Positions 31,941 through 40,149 of a stretch of 64,000 bases of DNA are shown here, in pieces; the first letter of the stretch is position 1, and each line of letters opens with the position of its first letter. This DNA comes from Clostridia bacterium (GTDB lineage Bacteria > Bacillota > Clostridia > Christensenellales > Aristaeellaceae), in assembly GCA_017430225.1 (NCBI GenBank), contig JAFRNK010000026.1, positions 11,956 to 75,955 of the forward strand, given 5' to 3'. The position numbers and the translations under genes were made by a program. The notes beneath the pieces were generated by a model that did no database searches, was not told the origin of the DNA, and worked only from the letters and a program-made list of their open reading frames with translations.

Positions 31941-32593
31941 GCCCCGCCGTTCCGCTCGCTGTCTATGATTTCGACGGCACGGTCATCAAAGGCGACAGCA
32001 TCGTCGCCTACCTGCGCTTCGCTCATGCCCGCGGGTATATCACCCCTGCCGCGCTGCTCGGCGCCGCTATGAACGGCCTGTACAGCCGCCTGCATCTGCT
32101 GAGCGCCGGGGAGGCGAAATACCGCGCCTTGCGCTTCCGCGAGTGCATGACCGCCGAAGCGCGAAAAGAGCTCGACCTCGCGTTTGCAGAGGAACTCTTC
32201 ACTCGTGTCAGGCCTGGCGCCCTTGCGCAGATCGCCCGGGACCGCGCCGAGGGACGGCTGATCATCCTCCTTTCCGCGTCCACGGACAATTATATGCAGC
32301 TCCTGGCAGACCGGCTCGGCGTTGACAAACTTATCTGCACGCGCCTGGACGAACTGCCGGACGGCAATTGCCGCGGCGCAGCCAAGGTCGGACGCTTGCA
32401 GACGTGGCTCTCCGAAAACGGCATCACCCCGGATTTTCCGGCCTCCGCCGCCTATGGCGATTCCCTCAGCGACGAACCGGTACTGGCCCTCGTGGGACAC
32501 CCGGCCGTCGTCAATCCGACCGCGAGAGTACAAAAGCGGTTTCAGAACCGCTTTCCCGTACTGCGCTGGCCAGACAGGCAGGATAAAGCATGA
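31937..32593 (+). CDS. HAD-IB family hydrolase (SerB-like phosphatase fold)
   Basis: 218 aa with the DxD nucleophile motif AVYDFDGTVIKGDS and the C-terminal AYGDSLSDEP motif. ATGA overlap upstream. Confidence 0.8.
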   Translation: MSPAVPLAVYDFDGTVIKGDSIVAYLRFAHARGYITPAALLGAAMNGLYSRLHLLSAGEAKYRALRFRECMTAEARKELDLAFAEELFTRVRPGALAQIARDRAEGRLIILLSASTDNYMQLLADRLGVDKLICTRLDELPDGNCRGAAKVGRLQTWLSENGITPDFPASAAYGDSLSDEPVLALVGHPAVVNPTARVQKRFQNRFPVLRWPDRQDKA

Positions 32594-33555
32594 TCAGACG
32601 AATTGCCCTTCTCCTGGTTTTTTGCCTGCTCATTCCCTATGCGGCAGTCACGGCAGAGGAATCCGAGCCCGCCGCGCGATACACCGCCATCACCCTGCAG
32701 GCCGTCACGCCTCAGGAAGGTATGGGCACGGGCAAAAAGCTGCAAAAGATCCGTACCGATGCGACTGTGGAAGTCCTCGAATACGGCGACACCTGGTGCC
32801 TCGTTCATTACCGCAATAGGACCGGCTACGTGAAGACGCGCTACCTCTACGGTTTCGTGTCCCTCGACGCACAGCAGTGGCCTTCGCCGCAGTATAAACC
32901 CTGTAAAGGGTACGTTATCCTGGATACGGAGGCGCTCATCAAGGGCGGCAAGTTTTCCGGCCTGAACGCCGCGCCGGGTACCCTCGTCGCTGTCTGCGAC
33001 GAAAGCCTTTCCCTGCCCGTATGGCGCGGCAGCGCCGAACTGCCCGCCGAAGCTGGATCCTATACGCTTTTTGTCGACTGGCAGACTGCTGAACCCGGGG
33101 ACAGGATCGCCGGTTTTACGACCTACTACAACGAGAGAACGGGCCGCCCGCTGCAGGCAGCCCGCCAGAACAATATCGCTTTAGGCTGTGAACGCATCAC
33201 CGGCCAGATCGTCCAGCCCGGCGATACCTTCTCTTTCAACGCACTCTGCGCGCCGTACAAGCTCAAAAACGGCTACAAAACCGCCAAGAACATCAGCCAT
33301 GCCGGCAAAGGTCCCGGCGGCGGCATCTGCCAGGTCAGCACCACCCTGTACAACGCCGTGCTCGCGCTGCCGCTGCAGATCACTGCCTGGGCGGCGCACC
33401 GCCCGACCGGCGTCTCGTACATTCCGCGCTCCTTCGACGCGGCCGTTGGCAGCACGACTGACCTCGCCTTCCGCAACGACCTTCCCTACCCAATCCGCAT
33501 CGAAGCGATGCCGCAGGACGGAGCAGTCACAGTCATTATCAGAAGAGAACAGTAA
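32590..33555 (+). CDS. VanW-family protein with signal peptide and SH3b-like N-domain
   Basis: 321 aa with GGGICQVSTTLYNAVL (VanW signature region). N-terminal signal, then ATVEVLEYGDTWCLVHYRNRTGYVKTRYL (SH3b-like). ATGA overlap upstream. Confidence 0.82.
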   Translation: MIRRIALLLVFCLLIPYAAVTAEESEPAARYTAITLQAVTPQEGMGTGKKLQKIRTDATVEVLEYGDTWCLVHYRNRTGYVKTRYLYGFVSLDAQQWPSPQYKPCKGYVILDTEALIKGGKFSGLNAAPGTLVAVCDESLSLPVWRGSAELPAEAGSYTLFVDWQTAEPGDRIAGFTTYYNERTGRPLQAARQNNIALGCERITGQIVQPGDTFSFNALCAPYKLKNGYKTAKNISHAGKGPGGGICQVSTTLYNAVLALPLQITAWAAHRPTGVSYIPRSFDAAVGSTTDLAFRNDLPYPIRIEAMPQDGAVTVIIRREQ

Positions 33556-33585
33556 ACCAGACACAAGGCAGAAAGCAAAAACATA

Positions 33586-33632
33586 AGGCACAAGGAACAG
33601 CGAATATTCGCGATGCTTTGTGCCTCTTTTTG
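33586..33632 (+). terminator. intrinsic terminator after the VanW gene
   Basis: AGGCACAA (33586-93) / TTGTGCCT (33618-25) with an inner palindrome GCGAATATTCGC, followed by CTCTTTTT. Confidence 0.75.
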
Positions 33633-33686
33633 TGGATGTGAGTGGTAATTACCAAAACCGAAATAATAGTATACAGGGTATAAGAA

Positions 33687-34006
33687 GATGTTGCAGAAGA
33701 TCATCTGCAACATCCTCTCTATTTCCAGGTATATCGTTTTTCTAAATAGATTGTGCAACAAAGAGTGTCATGCAATCAGAAAACTCTGGGAGGTTTGGAG
33801 GGGCCGCAGCCCCTCCAAGTATAATCCGCAGCAGCGACATGTGCGGTGCGAGGAGCATTTTTGCGAAGCAGAGCTTGCCCTGCGAGAGCAAAAATGCTTT
33901 CTTTGCGCCTTTTCCGCCCGGGAGGCCCGAAGGGACGAGAGGAAAAGGCGTTTTGTCGATCAAATGGAGTTATCCATTTGATCGTAGGGGTTGTATAACA
34001 ACCCCT
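33687..34006. other. ORF-poor field of six consecutive perfect palindromes
   Basis: Stems at 33687-97/33704-14 (11 bp), 33795-803/33810-18 (9 bp), 33854-64/33888-98 (11 bp), 33906-15/33941-50 (10 bp, then TTTTG), 33958-68/33973-83 (11 bp) and 33986-94/33998-34006 (9 bp). Confidence 0.7.
33826..33955 (+). ncRNA. speculative small RNA (TATAAT at 33820-25 to a hairpin + T-run at 33906-33955)
   Basis: A -10-like TATAAT without a good -35. Three hairpins, the last (CGCCTTTTCC..GGAAAAGGCG) followed by TTTTG on the plus strand. No coding potential. Confidence 0.25.
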
Positions 34007-34013
34007 TATTCCT

Positions 34014-34589
34014 TCATTCCTCGTACTGGTATCCCAGTTCAAACGCCTTCATGTTGATGTCCAGGAATTTGGGCGGGACAGTCGTGCGCAGGGTTTCTTC
34101 CCACTGCTCGCGGGGGATTGACGTATTGCGGGCCAGCAGGCCGATCAGCACGACGTTCACAGCCTTGATGCTGCCCGCTTCCCGGGCCAGCACCAGAGCG
34201 TCCACCGCGGTCAGCTTCGCGCGCTCCCGCAGCGCCTCCTCGATCCCCTTCGGATACTCCGCCGCGCCGGTGATGACCGGCATCGGGTCGATCTGCTGGG
34301 CGTTGACGATGATCTGGCCGTCACGCTTCAGGTATGGCAGAGCGCGCAGGGCCTCCAGCAGTTCGAAGGACAGGATGATGTCCGCGCCGCCTTTTTCGAT
34401 GATCGGAGACCAGACCTTTTCGCCGAAACGGACATAGGTGGTCACACTGCCGCCGCGCTGGCTCATGCCGTGCACTTCGGAGACCTTGACGTCATAGCCC
34501 GCGCCGATCAGCGTGTTACCCAGGATGCGGCTGGCCAGCAAAGTGCCCTGGCCGCCGACGCCGACGATCATGATGCTCGTAATGCTCAT
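34014..34589 (-). CDS. iorB: indolepyruvate:ferredoxin oxidoreductase subunit beta
   Basis: 191 aa starting IMIVGVGGQGTLLASRILG, followed by SEVHGMSQRGGSV. ATGA overlap with iorA. Confidence 0.9.
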   Translation of the reverse strand: MSITSIMIVGVGGQGTLLASRILGNTLIGAGYDVKVSEVHGMSQRGGSVTTYVRFGEKVWSPIIEKGGADIILSFELLEALRALPYLKRDGQIIVNAQQIDPMPVITGAAEYPKGIEEALRERAKLTAVDALVLAREAGSIKAVNVVLIGLLARNTSIPREQWEETLRTTVPPKFLDINMKAFELGYQYEE

Positions 34590-36334
34590 ACCGGCTCAGC
34601 CTCCTTTTCGATGGCGTGGAATGGGCAGACGTTGACGCACAGCCCGCAGCCGTTGCACTGGGTCGCGTCGATCACGACACGCCCGTCGTGCACGGTCAGC
34701 GCCGGACAGCCCAGCTTCATGCACATGCGGCAGTCGCGGCAGGTGTCCTGATTGACATGGCAGTGCCCCGCGTATTTGACATATTTGAGCAGCGCGCAGG
34801 GCCGCTGCGCGATGATCACAGAAGGCTCGTCAGCTGCGATCTCTTCTTTGACAGCGGCTTCCATCGCCTTGACGTCGAAGGGATCCACCACGCGCACGCG
34901 GTCGATGCCCACGGCTTTCGCCAGTAGCTCCAGATCCACCTGTTTGGTGGCTTCGCCGCGGATGGTTTTTCCGGTGGTCGGGTTGTCCTGATGGCCGGTC
35001 ATACCAGTGATGGAGTTGTCCAGGATGATCACCGTGTTGATGCCTTTGTTGTAGACTACGTCGATGAGTCCCGTGATGCCGGAATGGATGAAAGTGGAAT
35101 CGCCGATGACGCTGACCAGCTTCTTCGCGAATTCCGGGCCGCGGGCTTTCGCCATGCCCAGGGCCGCGCCGATGGACGCGCCCATGCAGATCGTCGTGTC
35201 GATAGAACCCAGCGGAGGCATCGCGCCGAGCGTGTAGCAGCCGATATCGCCGCACACGGTCAGGCCGAGTTTCTTCAAAACGTAGAAAGTGCCGCGGTGC
35301 GGGCAGCCCGCGCACATGACCGGCGGACGCACCGGCACCGGCAGTCCGGCGTCAGTTACGGGTTCATCGTCCGTGTTCAGCACCGCCTGCCTGATCATCG
35401 CGGCGCTGTATTCGCCCAGCATGGTAAAGGCTTCCTTGCCGATGACGCCGAGGCCCAAGGAACGGACGTAGGTCTCGATAAAGGGATCCAGCTCCTCGAT
35501 GACAAACACGACCTCGTGGGCGGCCACGAATTCACAGAGCTTGCGCTCCGGCAGCGGCCAGACCATGCCCAGCTTCAGGTAGTCCGCCCGCTCGTCCAGC
35601 GCTTCCTGCGCATACAGATAAGAGATACCTCCGCAGATGACGCCGATGGCCGAACCGTTGTCGATCACCTGGTTAAGCGGCGTTTCCTCGGCAAAAGCGC
35701 GCAGGGCTTCCGTACGCTTTTCCACGTCCACGTGCCGGCGGATGGCGTTGGCGGGAGCCATGACGAACTTCGCGGGATTCTTCACATAATCCTTGAGCGG
35801 CACCTGGTCGGGCTCGCCCAGCTGCGCCATGCTCTGGGAATGCGCGACACGCGTGGTCAGGCGCAGGAAGACCGGAACGTCGAACTTTTCGCTCATTTCA
35901 TAGGCAGCCTTGGTATAGGCCAGGCACTCGTCGGAGTCCGAGGGCTCCAGCATCGGGCACTTGGACGCTTCCGCGTAGTGGCGGGAGTCCTGCTCGTTCT
36001 GGCTCGAATGCATGCCCGGGTCGTCCGCCACAGCGATCACCAACCCGCCGTTGACGCCGGTATAGGAAGCGGTGAACACGGGATCGGCCATCACGTTCAG
36101 ACCCACATGCTTGCAGCAGGTCATCGCGCGGGCGCCGCCGATGGACGCGCCGATCGCCACTTCACAGGCTACTTTTTCGTTCGGCGCCCACTCACAGTAG
36201 ATTTCCGGATACTTGACGATGCTCTCGGTGATTTCCGTGCTCGGCGTGCCGGGATAGGATGCCACGACACGGACGCCGGCCTCATACGCGCCGCGCGCGA
36301 CGGCCGCGTTACCGATCAGCAGTTGTGATTTCAT
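34586..36334 (-). CDS. iorA: indolepyruvate:ferredoxin oxidoreductase subunit alpha
   Basis: Has a TPP-binding region and double ferredoxin motifs (CRDCRMCMKLGCP, CNGCGLCVNVCP). Start set to the ATG at 36334 (MKSQLLIGNAAVARG), which forms an ATGA overlap with the ligase stop. Confidence 0.9.
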   Translation of the reverse strand: MKSQLLIGNAAVARGAYEAGVRVVASYPGTPSTEITESIVKYPEIYCEWAPNEKVACEVAIGASIGGARAMTCCKHVGLNVMADPVFTASYTGVNGGLVIAVADDPGMHSSQNEQDSRHYAEASKCPMLEPSDSDECLAYTKAAYEMSEKFDVPVFLRLTTRVAHSQSMAQLGEPDQVPLKDYVKNPAKFVMAPANAIRRHVDVEKRTEALRAFAEETPLNQVIDNGSAIGVICGGISYLYAQEALDERADYLKLGMVWPLPERKLCEFVAAHEVVFVIEELDPFIETYVRSLGLGVIGKEAFTMLGEYSAAMIRQAVLNTDDEPVTDAGLPVPVRPPVMCAGCPHRGTFYVLKKLGLTVCGDIGCYTLGAMPPLGSIDTTICMGASIGAALGMAKARGPEFAKKLVSVIGDSTFIHSGITGLIDVVYNKGINTVIILDNSITGMTGHQDNPTTGKTIRGEATKQVDLELLAKAVGIDRVRVVDPFDVKAMEAAVKEEIAADEPSVIIAQRPCALLKYVKYAGHCHVNQDTCRDCRMCMKLGCPALTVHDGRVVIDATQCNGCGLCVNVCPFHAIEKEAEPV

Positions 36335-37977
36335 AGCTGTACCTCGATTTCGTTCTGTTTCGCGACGACGCTCTCGCCGCAATAGATTTCACGCAGTTTG
36401 GGCTTTTCGATCTTGCCGGTGGCGTTGCGCGGCACATGCGCGAAGATGATCTTGCGCGGGCGCTTGTAACGCGGCATACCGGCACAGAACTCGTTGATTT
36501 CTTCCTCGGTCGCGGTCATGCCTTCCTTGATCTCGATGATCGCCGCCGCGATCTCGCCCAGGCGCGGATCGGGCAGGCCGATGACCGCCACGTCCTTCAC
36601 CGCGTTGTGCGCGCGGATGAAGTCTTCGATCTGCACCGGATACAGGTTTTCGCCGCCGGTAATGATGACGTCCTTCTTGCGGTCTACCAGGTAGATGAAC
36701 CCGTCGGCGTCCCGCATGGCCATGTCGCCTGTAAAGAGCCAGCCGTCCTTCAGCACCTCGTTGGTCGCCTGTTCGTCCTTATAGTAGCAGGTCATGACGC
36801 CGGGGCCTTTCACACAGAGTTCGCCCACGCTGCCCTGTTCGACCGGCTGTCCCTGCGGATCGACGATCTTGACCTCCCAGCCGTAGCCCGGGATGCCGAT
36901 CGCGCCGACCTTGTGCACGTTTTCAACGCCCAGGTGCACGCAGCCGGGTCCGATGGATTCAGACAGGCCGTAATTGGTATCGTACTGGTGATGCGGGAAA
37001 ACGTTCAGCCAGCGCTTGATCAGGGACGGCGGCACCGGCTGCGCACCGATGTGCATTAGACGCCACTGGTCAAGTTGATAGTCGTCCAGCTTCACGTCAC
37101 CGCGGTCGATCGCGTCCAGGATATCCTGCGCCCATGGCACCAGCAGCCAGACGATGGTGCAGTGCTCGTCGCTGACCGCCTTCAGCACCCACTCCGGACG
37201 CGTGCCCTTAAGCAGTACAGCTTTGCCGCCGACCAGGAAGCTGCCGAACCAGTGCATTTTCGCGCCGGTGTGATACAGCGGCGGGATGCAGAGAAACACG
37301 TCGTCGTGCGTCTGGCCGTGGTGATTCTGCTCAACCATCGCTGCGTGCATGAGCGAGCGATGCTTGTGCAGGATCGCCTTGGGGAAACCGGTCGTGCCCG
37401 AGGAATAGTAAACCGCGCCGTAATCGTCGTCCGTCAGCGGGATGTTCGGGTTATCGGTGGAGCAGAAACCGATCATTTCATTATAGCTGTCCGCGAAGGT
37501 CGGGCACTCCTCACCGACATAGAAGAGGTGACGCACCTTGGGAATGCGGTCGCAGATCTCCTCCATGCGGCCGATGAACTCGGGACCGAAAGCGAGCATG
37601 GTGCAGTCAGCCTTCTCAAGGCAGTAGCGGATCTCTTCCGCAGTATAGCGGTAATTGAGCGGCACCGCAACTGCGCCGGCGCGTAGGATGCCGAAATACA
37701 CGGGGAGCCATTCCAGCGAGTTCATCATCAGGATGGCGACCTTGTCGCCCTTATGGCAGCCGCGGGTGAGCAGCAGGTTGGCAAAACGGTTGGCCTTCAG
37801 GTCAAAATCCTTCCAGGTCAGTTCGCGGCGGAAAGGCTGGCCGGGCTCCGGCTGCATCAGCGAATACTCGCGCCAGGTAATACGGCTTTCCGGTTCAAAC
37901 TTCGGGTTGATTTCGACCAGAGCGGTTTCCTGCCCGTAAAGCTCAGCGTTACGGCTCAGGATTTCAGTGATGGGCAT
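36331..37977 (-). CDS. AMP-dependent acyl-CoA synthetase/ligase (ANL superfamily)
   Basis: 548 aa with AMP-binding motif YSSGTTGFPKAILHKHRS, and later GWLFTGDMAMRDADGFIYLVDRKKD. AAGGAGG 9 nt upstream of the ATG. Confidence 0.88.
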   Translation of the reverse strand: MPITEILSRNAELYGQETALVEINPKFEPESRITWREYSLMQPEPGQPFRRELTWKDFDLKANRFANLLLTRGCHKGDKVAILMMNSLEWLPVYFGILRAGAVAVPLNYRYTAEEIRYCLEKADCTMLAFGPEFIGRMEEICDRIPKVRHLFYVGEECPTFADSYNEMIGFCSTDNPNIPLTDDDYGAVYYSSGTTGFPKAILHKHRSLMHAAMVEQNHHGQTHDDVFLCIPPLYHTGAKMHWFGSFLVGGKAVLLKGTRPEWVLKAVSDEHCTIVWLLVPWAQDILDAIDRGDVKLDDYQLDQWRLMHIGAQPVPPSLIKRWLNVFPHHQYDTNYGLSESIGPGCVHLGVENVHKVGAIGIPGYGWEVKIVDPQGQPVEQGSVGELCVKGPGVMTCYYKDEQATNEVLKDGWLFTGDMAMRDADGFIYLVDRKKDVIITGGENLYPVQIEDFIRAHNAVKDVAVIGLPDPRLGEIAAAIIEIKEGMTATEEEINEFCAGMPRYKRPRKIIFAHVPRNATGKIEKPKLREIYCGESVVAKQNEIEVQL

Positions 37978-38030
37978 AGGGTTGAGCCTCCTTTTTGTGT
38001 TTGGAGAGCAAATGAAAACGCCCTCCGCAT

Positions 38031-38284
38031 CTCAAAATGAAGAGGACGATAATAAATTACCGCGGTACCACCTCTTTTGCCGCCGGCCATTGCCGGACAG
38101 CCGCTCACAAGGGTTGCCCCTTTCGCGCGCTGACGGGCGCACCCGGCGCAGCCTACACAGGATATATCCCTTCGGTGCGCGACTCGCGGGCTGTATTCGG
38201 TCGGGCCGCTCATCCTGCCTTGCACCAGCCGGCAGGTCTCTGCCATGGGCGCGTCCGCCTACTTGTTCCCGGTCACTGTCTTTC
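38031..38284 (-). promoter_or_regulatory. T-box riboswitch leader (candidate specifier UAC = Tyr)
   Basis: On the minus strand: AG bulge AGAGA (38241-37), distal loop GGTGCAA (38226-20), GAA-UAC-A (38198-92), CCCGTCA (38137-31), T-box AAAAGAGGTGGTACCGCGG (38078-60), and terminator AAGAGG..CCTCTT + CATTTTG (38076-38034). Confidence 0.85.
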
Positions 38285-38290
38285 AGGCGC

Positions 38291-38319
38291 ATTATACCCG
38301 CATTTTCACGAAGCGTCAA
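38291..38319 (-). promoter_or_regulatory. promoter of the T-box / ligase-iorAB operon
   Basis: The minus strand reads TTGACG (38319-14), a 17-nt spacer, then TATAAT (38296-91). Confidence 0.8.
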
Positions 38320-38471
38320 GACAGCAGAATGTTTTATTACGGTTCCGGCTGAAAAATTAACGAAAACGTTAACAGAATTGTAAGCAAATCAACATCAAAT
38401 GTAATTGACTTTGATTGCACGATTATGCTACCATTTCCACGATGACTCACTTGAATGGAGGTCGATTCACG

Positions 38472-39326
38472 ATGTTTAAACGTATTCTGGCTGTTGTGAT
38501 GCTTTCAATCCTGCTGGTCGGCGGTCTGGTGCCCGCCGCGTCAGCGGTTACTTGGAAAGAGCCCTGGGATTTCTCCGGCGGTTACTACACCGAGGACTGG
38601 GCAAAGCATTTTGCCACCAAGAAGGTCACTACCAACACCAAAACCACCATGTACCGTGTGCGTAAGCATGCATACAACACCGAATCCAAGAAATTCGAAA
38701 CGGTGTCCAGCCTGCGCGTCCGCTGGGAGCCCCGCGCCTACGTCCTGAACAGCCAGGGCAAGCAGATCAAGCGCTGGTTCACCCGCGAAAACCGCCTGAC
38801 CTACACCACGGCCCATTACAGCTATCTGTATTACAAGGCCGGAGACGAGTTGGCCATCGTCGGCAAGACCAACGTCAACAAGCTCTGGTATCTGGTCAAT
38901 ATCGAACAGACGCCGGTCAATCCCTACAACAAGAATTCCAAGAAGCGCATTTCCGATAAGCAGCTGTATGACATCATTGACAACTATGAAGGTCACTTCG
39001 GCTGGGTGTTCGGGCGCTACATGGTCGCGGACAACAAGAGCGGCGACTATACCGTCAAGGTCAAGTCCAAGAACGCCACGCTGTACGCCAACCACTCCAT
39101 CTCCTCCAAGGTCGTAGCGACCGTCGGCAAGGGAACCAAGCTCACTCCCACCTATTCGAGCTGGCCGAAACCGTCCGCCCAGGACGGCATCGCCGCGGAA
39201 GAGAAGTATGAGCTGAACGGTTCTCTGACCACCAACAAGAAGGGCTATGTCTGGCACCAGGTCTACTACAACGGCAAGAAGTGCTGGATCCGCAACGACC
39301 ACGTCACGGTGACGGAAAACAAGTAA
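38472..39326 (+). CDS. secreted hypothetical protein, SH3b-like, Lys/Asn/Tyr/Thr-rich
   Basis: Start trimmed to the ATG at 38472 (MFKRILAVVMLSILLVGGLVPAASA signal) after GGAGG. C-terminus GYVWHQVYYNGKKCWIRNDHV is SH3b-like. Confidence 0.6.
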   Translation: MFKRILAVVMLSILLVGGLVPAASAVTWKEPWDFSGGYYTEDWAKHFATKKVTTNTKTTMYRVRKHAYNTESKKFETVSSLRVRWEPRAYVLNSQGKQIKRWFTRENRLTYTTAHYSYLYYKAGDELAIVGKTNVNKLWYLVNIEQTPVNPYNKNSKKRISDKQLYDIIDNYEGHFGWVFGRYMVADNKSGDYTVKVKSKNATLYANHSISSKVVATVGKGTKLTPTYSSWPKPSAQDGIAAEEKYELNGSLTTNKKGYVWHQVYYNGKKCWIRNDHVTVTENK

Positions 39327-39350
39327 CACCATCTGTCCGGGATGGTACAT

Positions 39351-39389
39351 ACAGGGCAGTCCGAGCAGGAATCGGGTTGCCCTGTTTTC
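39351..39389 (+). terminator. intrinsic terminator after the 38472..39326 gene
   Basis: ACAGGGCA (39351-58) / TGCCCTGT (39378-85) followed by TTTTC. Confidence 0.7.
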
Positions 39390-39405
39390 ATTAGCGGAGG
39401 GAATC

Positions 39406-40149
39406 ATGACCGAACAGTTTTCAAGAACTGCCCTGCTCCTGGGTGAAGACGCGCTGCGCCGCCTGGCTTCCTGCCGGGTCGCCGTGTTCGGCGTCGGCGG
39501 AGTAGGCGGGTACTGTGTGGAAGCGCTTGCCCGCTCGGGCGTCGGCGCGCTGGATCTGATCGACAGCGATACGGTCAGCGAATCAAACCTGAACCGGCAG
39601 ATCATCGCCCTGCATTCCACGGTCGGACGCAGCAAGGTCGAGGTCGCCAAAGAACGCGTCCTCGACATCAATCCGGATTGCCGTGTCACCATTCATCCGG
39701 TCTTCTATCTGCCTGAAACCAGGGACCGGTTCAATTTCAGCGATTACGACTATGTGGCGGACTGCATCGACACCGTCAAGGGCAAGCTTGCCCTCATCGA
39801 GCAGGCGCAGGAAGCCGGCACGCCCGTCATCAGTGCCATGGGCGCGGGGAACAAACTGGATCCAGCCCGCTTTGAGGTCGCGGATATCTACGAGACCTCC
39901 GTCTGTCCCCTGGCCCGCGTGATGCGCACGGAATGCCACCGGCGCGGAATCGAAAGACTGAAGGTCGTTTATTCAAAAGAGCCGCCCCTGCGTCCGCAGG
40001 GAGCGGCCCCAATGAAAGGCACAGCCGTCGGGCACCCCGCTCTGGGCTCCGTCGCTTTTGTGCCCTCAGTCGCCGGCCTGATCATGGCCGGTGAGATCAT
40101 TCGCGATCTGATCAGTTCTGCGCTCCCTGACGCGCCGTCCGGTTCCTGA
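39406..40149 (+). CDS. tcdA: tRNA threonylcarbamoyladenosine dehydratase (ThiF/E1-like)
   Basis: 247 aa with RVAVFGVGGVGGYCVEALARSGVGALDLIDSDTVSESNLNRQ. Confidence 0.88.
   Translation: MTEQFSRTALLLGEDALRRLASCRVAVFGVGGVGGYCVEALARSGVGALDLIDSDTVSESNLNRQIIALHSTVGRSKVEVAKERVLDINPDCRVTIHPVFYLPETRDRFNFSDYDYVADCIDTVKGKLALIEQAQEAGTPVISAMGAGNKLDPARFEVADIYETSVCPLARVMRTECHRRGIERLKVVYSKEPPLRPQGAAPMKGTAVGHPALGSVAFVPSVAGLIMAGEIIRDLISSALPDAPSGS

Noticed and set aside
33688-33981. 97-aa plus-strand ORF across the hairpin field
   Set aside because: Cys/Arg/Glu-rich implausible sequence and no RBS. The reading frame is produced by palindromes; better explained as structured non-coding DNA or RNA.
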